A DNA stretch of 24,634 nt from a virus (IMGVR_UViG_3300035666_000153:1-24634); one strand, 5' to 3'; counted from the stretch's first letter, positions 14,325 to 22,484 are shown. Numbers and translations are program-made. The notes: generated by a model from the letters alone, not told the origin.

Positions 14325-14426
14325 ATACAGCTGAATATGTGTGTGGAGTTGCAATCGTCGAAACATGTATTGAACATCATGCCGCCTGTCAGACTTCAAG
14401 ACTCGAGGAGACATGATTGCTGTTAT
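14325..14426 (+). ncRNA. unknown three-way-junction RNA
   Basis: ACAGC/GCTGT; AATATGTGT/ACATGTATT; ATCATG/CATGAT. Confidence 0.5.
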
Positions 14427-14431
14427 TATTT

Positions 14432-14503
14432 GGTCTCGTAATTCAATGGAAGAATGTCTCCCTTCTAAGGAGAACGTTGGGGATTCGAATTCCTCCGAGA
14501 CTA
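14432..14503 (+). tRNA. tRNA-Arg(TCT)
   Basis: TCTCC-CTTCTAA-GGAGA. Confidence 0.94.
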
Positions 14504-14517
14504 CAAAAATTAATATT

Positions 14518-14685
14518 ATGGTAGTAACATATATTGTAAATGTTATTTTTATTTTGTTTATTTTATTTATAGTATGGTTTATAATCTGTTCTATAATTTA
14601 TAGAGAGAAAGATGGTGATGATTTTTCAGGACAAAGTGATAGACAAAAAAAGAATGACGATTATAATACAGACTACTACCCATAA
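14518..14685 (+). CDS. small membrane protein (55 aa)
   Basis: hydrophobic N-terminus then acidic tail; start moved downstream of tRNA-Arg. Confidence 0.6.
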   Translation: MVVTYIVNVIFILFILFIVWFIICSIIYREKDGDDFSGQSDRQKKNDDYNTDYYP

Positions 14686-14691
14686 TAAAAT

Positions 14692-14774
14692 AGTCAGGTG
14701 GCGGAATGGTATGCGCAATGTGTGGGCAAGTAAAATCCACTTATCACTTACAGGTTCGAATCCTGTCCTGACTA
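14692..14774 (+). tRNA. tRNA-like element, undetermined anticodon
   Basis: perfect acceptor AGTCAGG/CCTGACT, D arm and T arm; aberrant anticodon arm GTGGG-CAAGTAAAA-TCCAC. Confidence 0.7.
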
Positions 14775-14776
14775 CG

Positions 14777-14898
14777 ATGACACGCACGACAACCTGGAAC
14801 GGGTCGACACTGAACAGGCTCTGTGAATGAACATAACAAGTACCTCACTTGTGCGTAGGTAAATTTCAAGCTTGTTTGACCGTGGGGAAAGGCCCACT
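14777..14898 (+). ncRNA. unknown pseudoknotted RNA
   Basis: AACAGGCT/AGCTTGTT and GGTCGA/TTGACC stems; loop GTGCGT pairs with 5' ACGCAC; GTGGG-GAAAGG-CCCAC. Confidence 0.5.
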
Positions 14899-14902
14899 TT
14901 AT

Positions 14903-14983
14903 GCCCCGATGGTGGAATTGGTAGACACACCGCACTTAGGATGCGGCGCTTCGGCAGTGAGAGTTCGAGTCTCTCTTGGGGCA
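14903..14983 (+). tRNA. tRNA-Leu(TAG)
   Basis: CCGCA-CTTAGGA-TGCGG. Confidence 0.95.
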
Positions 14984-15019
14984 CTGGGTTAATTTATCAA
15001 TAACTGCAAATAACATTTT

Positions 15020-15478
15020 ATGAAAAAAGTATACAAGACTTTGATAAGCAACGAAGCGATAGAGGTTATAGATTATATCCAAGCTTATTTAAATGCTCAC
15101 CAAGACGTAGAAATCTTAATAGGATGTGATTCTCAAAATAGAAAAAAAGAGACTCTCTATGCGATCGTAATTGGTCTTTACAGACCTGGTAAGGGAGCTC
15201 ACGTACTTTATTCTAAATTCAATACGATTAGAGAGCGGGATAATACCAATAGATTGTTAAATGAAGTGTGGTATAGTGTAGAGATAGCAGAAGAGATTAG
15301 AAAAACCACTAACGTTAAAGCTACGTGGATAGATATAGATTTAAATCCCGACCCAAAATATAAATCAAATGCCGCTCTAACTAGTGCAGTTGGTATAGTG
15401 ACAGGAATGGGATATTCTGTAAGACATAAAGGAAATTCACCAATTATGACTTATGCTGCTGATAATTTAGTGAAATAG
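15020..15478 (+). CDS. RNase H-like YkuK (DUF458) family protein
   Basis: ILIGCDSQ, RLLNEVWYS, IDIDLN, YAAD acidic motif pattern. Confidence 0.85.
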   Translation: MKKVYKTLISNEAIEVIDYIQAYLNAHQDVEILIGCDSQNRKKETLYAIVIGLYRPGKGAHVLYSKFNTIRERDNTNRLLNEVWYSVEIAEEIRKTTNVKATWIDIDLNPDPKYKSNAALTSAVGIVTGMGYSVRHKGNSPIMTYAADNLVK

Positions 15479-15489
15479 ATAGTTGTTAC

Positions 15490-15622
15490 GATTTATCAAT
15501 CAGTTATATATATGATTAAATTATATATATAAAGCGTTGGTTTTATTGACCAAAATTCTTTATTGGAAACCAATCAGTTACACATTAATTAAAAATATAT
15601 ATGTAACTGGTTGGTTTTTAAT
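15490..15622. repeat. second cluster of CAATCAGTT repeats (2 direct, 1 inverted)
   Basis: 15490-15507, 15552-15583, inverted 15602-15622. Confidence 0.8.
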
Positions 15623-15634
15623 TTGCATTTTTTA

Positions 15635-15677
15635 AAATAAATTTTTTTATATCAAATGGTTGTTGTAATTTTACTAT
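15635..15677 (+). promoter_or_regulatory. putative early promoter
   Basis: near-identical to 7673-7715. Confidence 0.65.
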
Positions 15678-15702
15678 TGATGACTGACAAAACAGTCACG
15701 TT

Positions 15703-15945
15703 ATGATTATTATGAATACGAATGAATTATCTCTATTTGAGCTTAACGATTTGTATCAAGCGATATCAAATGAAACCGCGACCACCCGGGAATTGTCGAA
15801 AACTTACGGTGGTTATTTTACTGAAATATTACCGAGAATGGAAGCTTTAACGTTAAAAATACAAGTTGCCTTAGATACTAAAATAGCAGAATCGGAACTT
15901 GACAAGCTTTTGATGACCTTTATTAACCAAAAAAACAATCAATAG
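15703..15945 (+). CDS. hypothetical protein
   Basis: ORF downstream of promoter. Confidence 0.65.
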   Translation: MIIMNTNELSLFELNDLYQAISNETATTRELSKTYGGYFTEILPRMEALTLKIQVALDTKIAESELDKLLMTFINQKNNQ

Positions 15946-15947
15946 TT

Positions 15948-16223
15948 ATGAATACGACACAATTAGATTTATCGAAATTAGCTAAATCGCTGTACTTTAA
16001 AGAGGTTACCGTAGACAAGTATCGATTAAACTTCCTCAGAGAGCTGAATAAGAGGACGGTCGTAGATAAAAGATCGGAAGGTTTCCACTGTTGTTACTGC
16101 GCTAAATTAAGCAAGCAAGAAGTTGCATTTTCTCAAACGAACATAGTAATTTTTCCTTTCGGCAACAAAGAAGAGTTGTGGATAGTTAATTCTCACTACG
16201 ACGGGTGCCGGGGGTGGGATTAA
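15948..16223 (+). CDS. hypothetical protein (CxxC; HYDGCRGWD C-terminus)
   Basis: 91 aa ORF. Confidence 0.7.
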   Translation: MNTTQLDLSKLAKSLYFKEVTVDKYRLNFLRELNKRTVVDKRSEGFHCCYCAKLSKQEVAFSQTNIVIFPFGNKEELWIVNSHYDGCRGWD

Positions 16224-16268
16224 CACTCGCACAATTATAAAAAAAGTATTAACGCAATTACATTAATA

Positions 16269-16589
16269 ATGAGGAAAAGAAAAAGATCAGATAGGAATCA
16301 CTTAATATACGAATTAGTTAACACAATTAATAATAAAAAGTATGTTGGTGTAACAGTATGTATTGGTCGAGCTTACAAATACACAGCTATCAGAAGGTTT
16401 CAAAAACACGTGTTTAGAGCCAACAAAGAATCTTACGATTGGGCTTTATATAAAGACATGAGAAAATTTGGACCAGACGTGTACGATATATACGTAGTGT
16501 GCGTAGTGAGGGGAAAATCAGAAGCTCATCGAATAGAAACTAATATGCTGCAAAGCTTAGAATATAAATTAAATTCAACACACAAATAA
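16269..16589 (+). CDS. minimal GIY-YIG nuclease domain protein
   Basis: LIYELVN...KYVGVT...RRFQKH...AHRIE...LN. Confidence 0.8.
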   Translation: MRKRKRSDRNHLIYELVNTINNKKYVGVTVCIGRAYKYTAIRRFQKHVFRANKESYDWALYKDMRKFGPDVYDIYVVCVVRGKSEAHRIETNMLQSLEYKLNSTHK

Positions 16590-16604
16590 AAAAACAAAAC
16601 AGTT

Positions 16605-17423
16605 ATGAAAACTTACAAGTCATTTAACGAATTAAACGGTAACACTCTCGCAGAAGGGGACATTGTCGTATTTAATGGAAATAACTATTTCGCTCCCACC
16701 AATCGCGGATCGTTTCTTTCTTCAAGAACTACTGCGGTAAGCAACGATAGACCGTTCGTAGATGCCGGCTTTTCCACGGCGCGTCTAATCCGTAAATTAG
16801 CAAACTTAGCGTACGGATATACGCCGAGTAATGGAACATGGCCTCCAGCTGCAGCAAATGATTACGAAGCTCTAACTAGATTGGTGTTAGTGCTGTTTCA
16901 ATTTTTAGAGGGTAAAGAAAAAGCGGAAGTGAACATCGACGGAGTGAAGTTCTTCGTAGACAAATCAGCAAATAAAATAAAAGTCGACCCAATCGATAAA
17001 GTAGAAGTGTCCGTAGAATTCGTTAAGAGAGCGCATGAAGCTGCGTGCTCAGCGTGGAAAAAGAACATAGAAAACGAGTTTCCGCATTTATTTATGAACG
17101 ATACGCAATTAATTCAAAAAGTCGTAGATAAAGTTTTATCAGACTCTGGCGCTAAGCTATATTTTATACATCTTATTAACTTAGCGAGACGAGGAGACAT
17201 TTCCATCGCGCGTATAGGAGGTACTCGCGAATACATAGTTAACGTGCCTCTTCCTTCTGCAAACACGGAATGGACTTTTGAAGTTTTTGAATTCGTAAAA
17301 AAATTCTGCGACGTCTATAAGATTGAGAATCCAAAGCATTTTGTGTATCCAACACACGGTATGCACAAAGATCTATTGCCAAACGATAATAACTTTATGC
17401 AAATTAAAGTCGTAGTAAGATAA
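16605..17423 (+). CDS. hypothetical protein
   Basis: 272 aa ORF. Confidence 0.8.
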   Translation: MKTYKSFNELNGNTLAEGDIVVFNGNNYFAPTNRGSFLSSRTTAVSNDRPFVDAGFSTARLIRKLANLAYGYTPSNGTWPPAAANDYEALTRLVLVLFQFLEGKEKAEVNIDGVKFFVDKSANKIKVDPIDKVEVSVEFVKRAHEAACSAWKKNIENEFPHLFMNDTQLIQKVVDKVLSDSGAKLYFIHLINLARRGDISIARIGGTREYIVNVPLPSANTEWTFEVFEFVKKFCDVYKIENPKHFVYPTHGMHKDLLPNDNNFMQIKVVVR

Positions 17424-17448
17424 ACGTATTAAAATACAATAAATAATT

Positions 17449-17694
17449 ATGATACAAAAATTTATAAAATCGGTAACTCTTATTGCGCTGCTATCTTTTA
17501 TTGCTTCTTCATGCACAAACGAACGCGATTACACAATAATTCAAAAGTCGTTGATAATATCAAATCCAAATTTAGCGGAATATACGTATAGAACGAGCAA
17601 CCATTTCGACGGTCCAATCGATTTTGTTGATAGCGCAAATCGTTACGTTATAGGAGATGACATTAGAAAATATATGTTAAACAATTCAAAATAA
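17449..17694 (+). CDS. putative lipoprotein
   Basis: signal peptide with lipobox IASSC. Confidence 0.65.
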   Translation: MIQKFIKSVTLIALLSFIASSCTNERDYTIIQKSLIISNPNLAEYTYRTSNHFDGPIDFVDSANRYVIGDDIRKYMLNNSK

Positions 17695-17699
17695 AAACC

Positions 17700-18029
17700 A
17701 TGAGTAATTTTAATCAGTTGTGCGTTTGGCCTGGTACCGTAGTAGGTCAAGAAAATATTGAAGACTTTGAATCTTTCTTTTTGAAAGAGATGAACGTTAG
17801 AGTTAAGTACAGCGAAGAAGTGAAAACGAATCCAGAACTCGGAGAAACCTTAGAACAATCCGGAGGCAGAAACGATTTGTTTTTCTTTGTACACGACGAA
17901 GACGTGGCAAAATTTGCTATTCCTCGCCTACAGATGGGTATTAGGTGGTGGGAAGACGTAGTATCTTACAACCACGGTTCGTATCTCTACACTAAAGAAA
18001 CGTTAGAAAAATATCCGATCAATTGGTAA
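17700..18029 (+). CDS. hypothetical phage protein
   Basis: 109 aa; GGRNDLFF...GIRWWED. Confidence 0.75.
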   Translation: MSNFNQLCVWPGTVVGQENIEDFESFFLKEMNVRVKYSEEVKTNPELGETLEQSGGRNDLFFFVHDEDVAKFAIPRLQMGIRWWEDVVSYNHGSYLYTKETLEKYPINW

Positions 18030-18040
18030 AAATATAAATT

Positions 18041-18313
18041 ATGAATTATCATATAATAACTAATAGAATAACTAATGAGCGGAAAAAAGAAATTGGGAAG
18101 ATAATTAATGAACTTATCTATTCTACCTACGATAGCGGAGTTTATTGGCAAGATATATACGATCACACTCAATCTCACGCGATATACGGAATACCGAAAG
18201 ATAAAGTGGACGATTACAAATATAAGCTTAAAAAACTGGGCGCAACCAGATTTAGAGTCGTTAAAAATAGCGGCAACCCAATCCTTTGTTTCAACGCAGA
18301 AAAAATAAAATAA
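18041..18313 (+). CDS. hypothetical protein
   Basis: 90 aa ORF. Confidence 0.7.
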   Translation: MNYHIITNRITNERKKEIGKIINELIYSTYDSGVYWQDIYDHTQSHAIYGIPKDKVDDYKYKLKKLGATRFRVVKNSGNPILCFNAEKIK

Positions 18314-18317
18314 GTAT

Positions 18318-18560
18318 ATGAACATTCCATCTAGAAAAAAAACAACAAAACAAAACGTAAGAAAATTTTTTACATCAACCGCCGTATCGACCGTAACAGA
18401 TTCGGATATCCTTGGAGATATTGCTGGTTCATTGATCGGCAGTATGTTTAGTAATTCTGACAGTTCTTCGTCAAGCGATAGCTTTTCGTCAAGTGACAGC
18501 AGTTTTGACGGATTCGGAGGCGGAGATAGCGGAGGCGGTGGAGCCACCGGAGATTGGTAA
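18318..18560 (+). CDS. small Ser/Gly-rich protein
   Basis: C-terminus FDGFGGGDSGGGGATGDW. Confidence 0.7.
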   Translation: MNIPSRKKTTKQNVRKFFTSTAVSTVTDSDILGDIAGSLIGSMFSNSDSSSSSDSFSSSDSSFDGFGGGDSGGGGATGDW

Positions 18561-18581
18561 TAATTTAAAAATAAATCAAGA

Positions 18582-18731
18582 GTGATAATTTTTAAAGTCA
18601 GATTAAAAGAACCACCCGGATATAATTTCGGCGTATGGACTTCTTATTTAGAACTTTACATACTAAACAAAAAAGTTTGTGAATGGTTCATGAGTGCTCA
18701 CCCAAATATTACTAAAAAGAAAAAACTATAG
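18582..18731 (+). CDS. small hypothetical protein (49 aa, GTG start)
   Basis: read manually; fills the gap, stop 2 nt before the next ATG. Confidence 0.4.
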   Translation: MIIFKVRLKEPPGYNFGVWTSYLELYILNKKVCEWFMSAHPNITKKKKL

Positions 18732-18733
18732 TT

Positions 18734-18931
18734 ATGCCAAACATGAGTTATTGTAGATTCGAAAACACACTAAACGATTTACGAGATTGCTACCAAAACA
18801 TGGACTCCGACGATGTTAGTCAACGGGAGTTTTACAAGAGAAAACAACTACTCGAATTGTGTATCAGTATATCAAAAGAATACGAACACTTACTAGACCT
18901 GGAGTACGAGGAAGATATAGATGAAGACTAG
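18734..18931 (+). CDS. hypothetical phage protein (MSYCRFENT motif)
   Basis: 65 aa with acidic tail. Confidence 0.75.
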   Translation: MPNMSYCRFENTLNDLRDCYQNMDSDDVSQREFYKRKQLLELCISISKEYEHLLDLEYEEDIDED

Positions 18932-18985
18932 TGTTCGGATTGAGTGAAAAGATAAATTTTTATTTTCGGTAAACATTGAGTATAT

Positions 18986-19588
18986 TTGATTATGATGAAT
19001 AAGAATGCTACCGAGTTTATAGCTCTAGTAAAAGACGAGTGTAAAAAGCACGGCATAAAGTGTAAGTTAAAAAATACTTCTTACGTGAAGTTAGAAGGAG
19101 ACATTAAGTGTAGCGGGTACTTCGACGAAACTGGCAGAGAACTAGTAGTTTCAATGAATAGAAAAGACAGCTTAGAGATACTTGTGCACGAATACGCTCA
19201 CATGACCCAATGGTTGGAAAATTGTGAACCTTGGAGAAAGGGCCTAACTTCTATAATTCGATTACAATCTTGGTTAATGGGAGAAGATGTACTAAGAATT
19301 AGGTATCACGTTAAGAATTGCATCAACTTAGAATTGGACAACGAAAAGAGATCCGTCAATATCATTAAAAAATATAATTTGCCAGTCAATATTACAAAGT
19401 ACAAACAAAAAGCAAATGCTTACTTGTACTTTTACGGTTATTTGATTGAGACCAGAAAGTGGAGCAAACCGAGTAACTCTCCGTACAAGAACAATGTTAT
19501 AGTAAAAGCGATGCCTAAAAGATTTGTGTCTAATTACTTAAACGCACCAGAAAAAATAATCGAAGTGTTTAGATCTCAACAAGTATAG
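18986..19588 (+). CDS. zincin-like protein (HExxH)
   Basis: ILVHEYAHMTQW...LELDNEKR; true start likely ATG 18992 or 18995. Confidence 0.75.
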   Translation: MIMMNKNATEFIALVKDECKKHGIKCKLKNTSYVKLEGDIKCSGYFDETGRELVVSMNRKDSLEILVHEYAHMTQWLENCEPWRKGLTSIIRLQSWLMGEDVLRIRYHVKNCINLELDNEKRSVNIIKKYNLPVNITKYKQKANAYLYFYGYLIETRKWSKPSNSPYKNNVIVKAMPKRFVSNYLNAPEKIIEVFRSQQV

Positions 19589-19597
19589 TGACCAAAT

Positions 19598-19638
19598 AAT
19601 TAAATTTTTTTATCTTCAATAATTCGTATAATATTGAA
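19598..19638 (+). promoter_or_regulatory. putative promoter
   Basis: AATTAAATTTTTTTATCTTC...CGTATAATATTG. Confidence 0.5.
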
Positions 19639-19670
19639 GTATTGTTTAACAATTAAATGCAGGTTACACC

Positions 19671-19919
19671 ATGAAAACAAGCAGCAACAGACCGAGCAAT
19701 TACGAAAAGCGTAGCTACCTTCAAAAGGCGGCGATCGTTAACCGTAAACTCCGTCAAGGTGACATCACCAAGATCGCAGAAGCGGTGGGTTATTCAACAA
19801 CTCACGTGAGCGATGTGATTTCAGGTAAGCAGTTCAATTACACAATTTTGAACCGAGCTTTCGACATGACTCGCGGTAGAAAATCCAACGCGGTACGTTT
19901 GGCCGAATTTGAAGCTTAA
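19671..19919 (+). CDS. small HTH DNA-binding protein (Cro/XRE-like)
   Basis: DITKIAEAVGYSTTHVSDVISG; monocistronic layout. Confidence 0.8.
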   Translation: MKTSSNRPSNYEKRSYLQKAAIVNRKLRQGDITKIAEAVGYSTTHVSDVISGKQFNYTILNRAFDMTRGRKSNAVRLAEFEA

Positions 19920-19948
19920 TTTTTTAAGTTTATTTTTGGTTAGTTATC

Positions 19949-19976
19949 AAGGACACCTTAATCGGTGTCCTTTTTT
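19949..19976 (+). terminator. intrinsic terminator
   Basis: AAGGACACC-TTAATC-GGTGTCCTTTTTT. Confidence 0.9.
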
Positions 19977-20090
19977 CGTTTATACGTACTTACCACAAGC
20001 TCGCCATTTAACATTTTTTGTATACATTAATAAACATTCGCATGATTATTACGCGCTGGTGGTGAGCTCCTAATGAATGATATTAACGCG

Positions 20091-20160
20091 TTGATAACCA
20101 ATCAGTTACACATTATAAAAAAGAATATCTATAACTCATTGATTTCCAATGGAGAATTTT
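20091..20160. repeat. third cluster of CAATCAGTT repeats (inverted pair)
   Basis: TTGATAACCAATCAGTTACAC and inverted ATAACTCATTGATTTCCAATGGAGAATTTT. Confidence 0.8.
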
Positions 20161-20164
20161 TTTG

Positions 20165-20205
20165 AAATATTTTTTCGTTTCAAATAGTTTTCGTACATTT
20201 ACCCT
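20165..20205 (+). promoter_or_regulatory. putative early promoter
   Basis: AAATATTTTTTCGTTTCAAATAGTTTTCGTACATTTACC. Confidence 0.6.
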
Positions 20206-20248
20206 GTAAGGGCCAATCGTAAGTAATAATATTAATTAAATTTTATAT

Positions 20249-20443
20249 ATGAAGAATGTAAAAAGTATCGATGTAAAGTTTGGTAGATTATACAACAACC
20301 CAACTTTTAACAACTTGTTTAGTAGGTGGAAACGAGAGTTGATTGTGAACGTGTGGATAAACATGAGAGTCAATCACACGCATTACGCAGACATTAAAAG
20401 AATGGCGTCTGCGTTCGGTTACGAAGTTAAAGAAAATAAATAA
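20249..20443 (+). CDS. hypothetical protein
   Basis: first ORF after promoter. Confidence 0.65.
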   Translation: MKNVKSIDVKFGRLYNNPTFNNLFSRWKRELIVNVWINMRVNHTHYADIKRMASAFGYEVKENK

Positions 20444-20467
20444 TTAAAAAAACAAAACAAAAACAAA

Positions 20468-21070
20468 ATGACACACCCAATAATTAAAACAGAAAACTAT
20501 CTACTTGTTGTAGATGAATCAGAGATTAAAGTAATGGATTGGTTTTACTTAGATGATGCTATAATAATCGCACAATATATAGCTGACAAACCGGTAAAGG
20601 AATCTAAAAAAATCACCTTTCACCTACCACTAAACAATGCACCTACACTTGAAGGAGTGCCTTTGTTACCACCATTGGAAGATGATGAATCAATATGTCC
20701 TTATCCCGAAGAAAAGCAAAATGCAGTTGATTGGAATAATGGTTACAACAAAGCCAAAGAGAAGTATAAGTACACAGAGGAGGAATATAATAAGTTATTA
20801 TCTTTTATCAAAAAAATAGATGATGAAGGATACGACCCTTATGATTCTGCACACCATTTGCAAGTTAGTAGGTATGTAGATGAAGCAAGAAACATAATTC
20901 AATCCCTCCAACAACCAAAATATCCTGTTGCTTTTGAGTGTCAAATGATAGCACTTTATACAGACGGTTATACTGATGATAGGGTAAGAAGATTTTACGG
21001 TGTTCCTAAACCCAAAACAATCACCAACTCACAAGGATTAACACAATTAGTGGGTAAATACATTTATTAA
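20468..21070 (+). CDS. hypothetical phage protein
   Basis: 200 aa ORF. Confidence 0.8.
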   Translation: MTHPIIKTENYLLVVDESEIKVMDWFYLDDAIIIAQYIADKPVKESKKITFHLPLNNAPTLEGVPLLPPLEDDESICPYPEEKQNAVDWNNGYNKAKEKYKYTEEEYNKLLSFIKKIDDEGYDPYDSAHHLQVSRYVDEARNIIQSLQQPKYPVAFECQMIALYTDGYTDDRVRRFYGVPKPKTITNSQGLTQLVGKYIY

Positions 21071-21474
21071 AATAAAATAATATGACAAACTCTATCAACG
21101 AAAGAATTTACTGTTCTGCTATTTGGTATCATAAAATAACTCCACATTATCCACTTGGATTAAGAAATCCAAATAATATTACTAAAGGTGTTGTTGTATT
21201 AGGACATAGACACGCAGATATAATTAGGAATGTTGGTAATTTATTAGGTAAAAGAACTGTTGAAAATGGTAAAGATTCAGTTGGTGAATATACTCAAGGA
21301 TTCTTAACTAATAAAGATAGATTTGTTGATAGAAAAGAAGGAGCAGAGATTGCTTGGAGAGAAAATCAAATATTGGATAAAGGAAGGTCTAATCCTAACT
21401 ATCTTTATTCAGAAGACATTTATTAAAATTAAATTGAGTTAAAAACAATTAGTAGGTAAATACATTTATTAAAA
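21043..21474 (+). repeat. 30-bp direct repeats flanking one gene
   Basis: ACAATTAGT(G/A)GGTAAATACATTTATTAAAA at 21043-21072 and 21445-21474. Confidence 0.85.
21082..21426 (+). CDS. conserved hypothetical phage protein
   Basis: GHRH...QGFLTNKDRFVDRKEGAEIA...LYSEDIY. Confidence 0.8.
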   Translation: MTNSINERIYCSAIWYHKITPHYPLGLRNPNNITKGVVVLGHRHADIIRNVGNLLGKRTVENGKDSVGEYTQGFLTNKDRFVDRKEGAEIAWRENQILDKGRSNPNYLYSEDIY

Positions 21475-21487
21475 ATAAAACTTCAAT

Positions 21488-21655
21488 ATGAAAAAAATTA
21501 TTAAAGGAATATTACATTTTGTTTCTTGCTTTTTAACAGGAGCTATTATAAAATCTCTTTGGATATCACACGGTGATGATTGGAAAATATTGCTGCCATT
21601 GTTTTGCATTTGCATAACATTAATAAACGCAATAGATTTAGATGATGCTAAATAA
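21488..21655 (+). CDS. small 2-TM membrane protein (55 aa)
   Basis: read manually: MKKIIKGILHFVSCFLTGAII...ILLPLFCICITLINAI. Confidence 0.6.
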   Translation: MKKIIKGILHFVSCFLTGAIIKSLWISHGDDWKILLPLFCICITLINAIDLDDAK

Positions 21656-21667
21656 AACAAACACACT

Positions 21668-21913
21668 ATGAAAGGAATATACCTAACCGAAGAAGCTAAG
21701 AAAGAGATTGAAGCTAAGATAGCTGAACTTGAAAAAGAAGGTGATATTTGGTCGGACTGTTTTGGAATAGCAATGGATGTTTATCAAAAAATCCTCTCCT
21801 CAGCAACAATCCTTCCTGTTGAAGAAAGTTGGCGGAAATGCGGGATTGTAAATAGGAAAGACCGTGAATATGTAATAGACCTTTATCCAAACGGAGTGAT
21901 TATTAAAAAATAA
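21668..21913 (+). CDS. hypothetical protein
   Basis: 81 aa ORF. Confidence 0.7.
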   Translation: MKGIYLTEEAKKEIEAKIAELEKEGDIWSDCFGIAMDVYQKILSSATILPVEESWRKCGIVNRKDREYVIDLYPNGVIIKK

Positions 21914-21917
21914 AAGT

Positions 21918-22301
21918 ATGCAAAATTACAAAATTTTAGGACAAAAGTACGGAGTTACGATCACTAAACCGTGGAGCAAAGAAATGTACGAACACAACGA
22001 CACCGTAGCCGACTTCATGAAGGAAAATATATTTACGGCCCTCACCTCTGCGTATAATCAATGTAATAGCAATTTGCAAATCCAATTGGAACACGAAGCA
22101 GAAAATAAATTGAGATACGTAGCAAAGTCTTTGTGTGGTTATGGATTCGGCTCATCTTACAGTATAGACGATATATACTCAGAGGCTTGTAAGGAGTTAG
22201 ATAACGTACAAAATTACTGGTTAAACGAAATATACCAAGATTTGGTTAAGTTAGACTACGTTAGACAGTTGGACGTTCTAATGATTGGGTACGAAAAATA
22301 A
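21918..22301 (+). CDS. hypothetical protein
   Basis: 127 aa ORF. Confidence 0.75.
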   Translation: MQNYKILGQKYGVTITKPWSKEMYEHNDTVADFMKENIFTALTSAYNQCNSNLQIQLEHEAENKLRYVAKSLCGYGFGSSYSIDDIYSEACKELDNVQNYWLNEIYQDLVKLDYVRQLDVLMIGYEK

Positions 22302-22330
22302 TATTTTACATAATCGTAAACTTACTATAT

Positions 22331-22483
22331 ATGCACAAAGCTAAACTACAAAACGAGAAGAGGCTAGATCAAATCAGAGACGGTGCGTACGATGGTAGGT
22401 ACAAATCAAAAGTGATACCAAACAAGAAAAAATTGGCCCAAAAAAATTGGGCAAGAAATTCAAAATCCACCAAAAAAATATAG
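22331..22483 (+). CDS. small basic protein (50 aa), possibly ArfA-like
   Basis: read manually: ...DGAYDGRYKSKVIPNKKKLAQKNWARN... Confidence 0.6.
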   Translation: MHKAKLQNEKRLDQIRDGAYDGRYKSKVIPNKKKLAQKNWARNSKSTKKI

Positions 22484-22484
22484 T

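Noticed and set aside
9806-14984. ORFs 9806-9988, 11969-12163, 12023-12244, 14612-14830, 14744-14935, 14772-14984 and the 14413 start
   Set aside because: Spurious translations through tRNA genes.
168-21666. Minus-strand and nested ORFs (168-449, 612-857, 1238-1456, 2739-2921, 3081-3326, 3389-3631, 6341-6538, 17181-17366, 17987-18547, 18108-18308, 20637-20819, 21469-21666)
   Set aside because: Shadows of better + strand genes in a uniformly + strand region.
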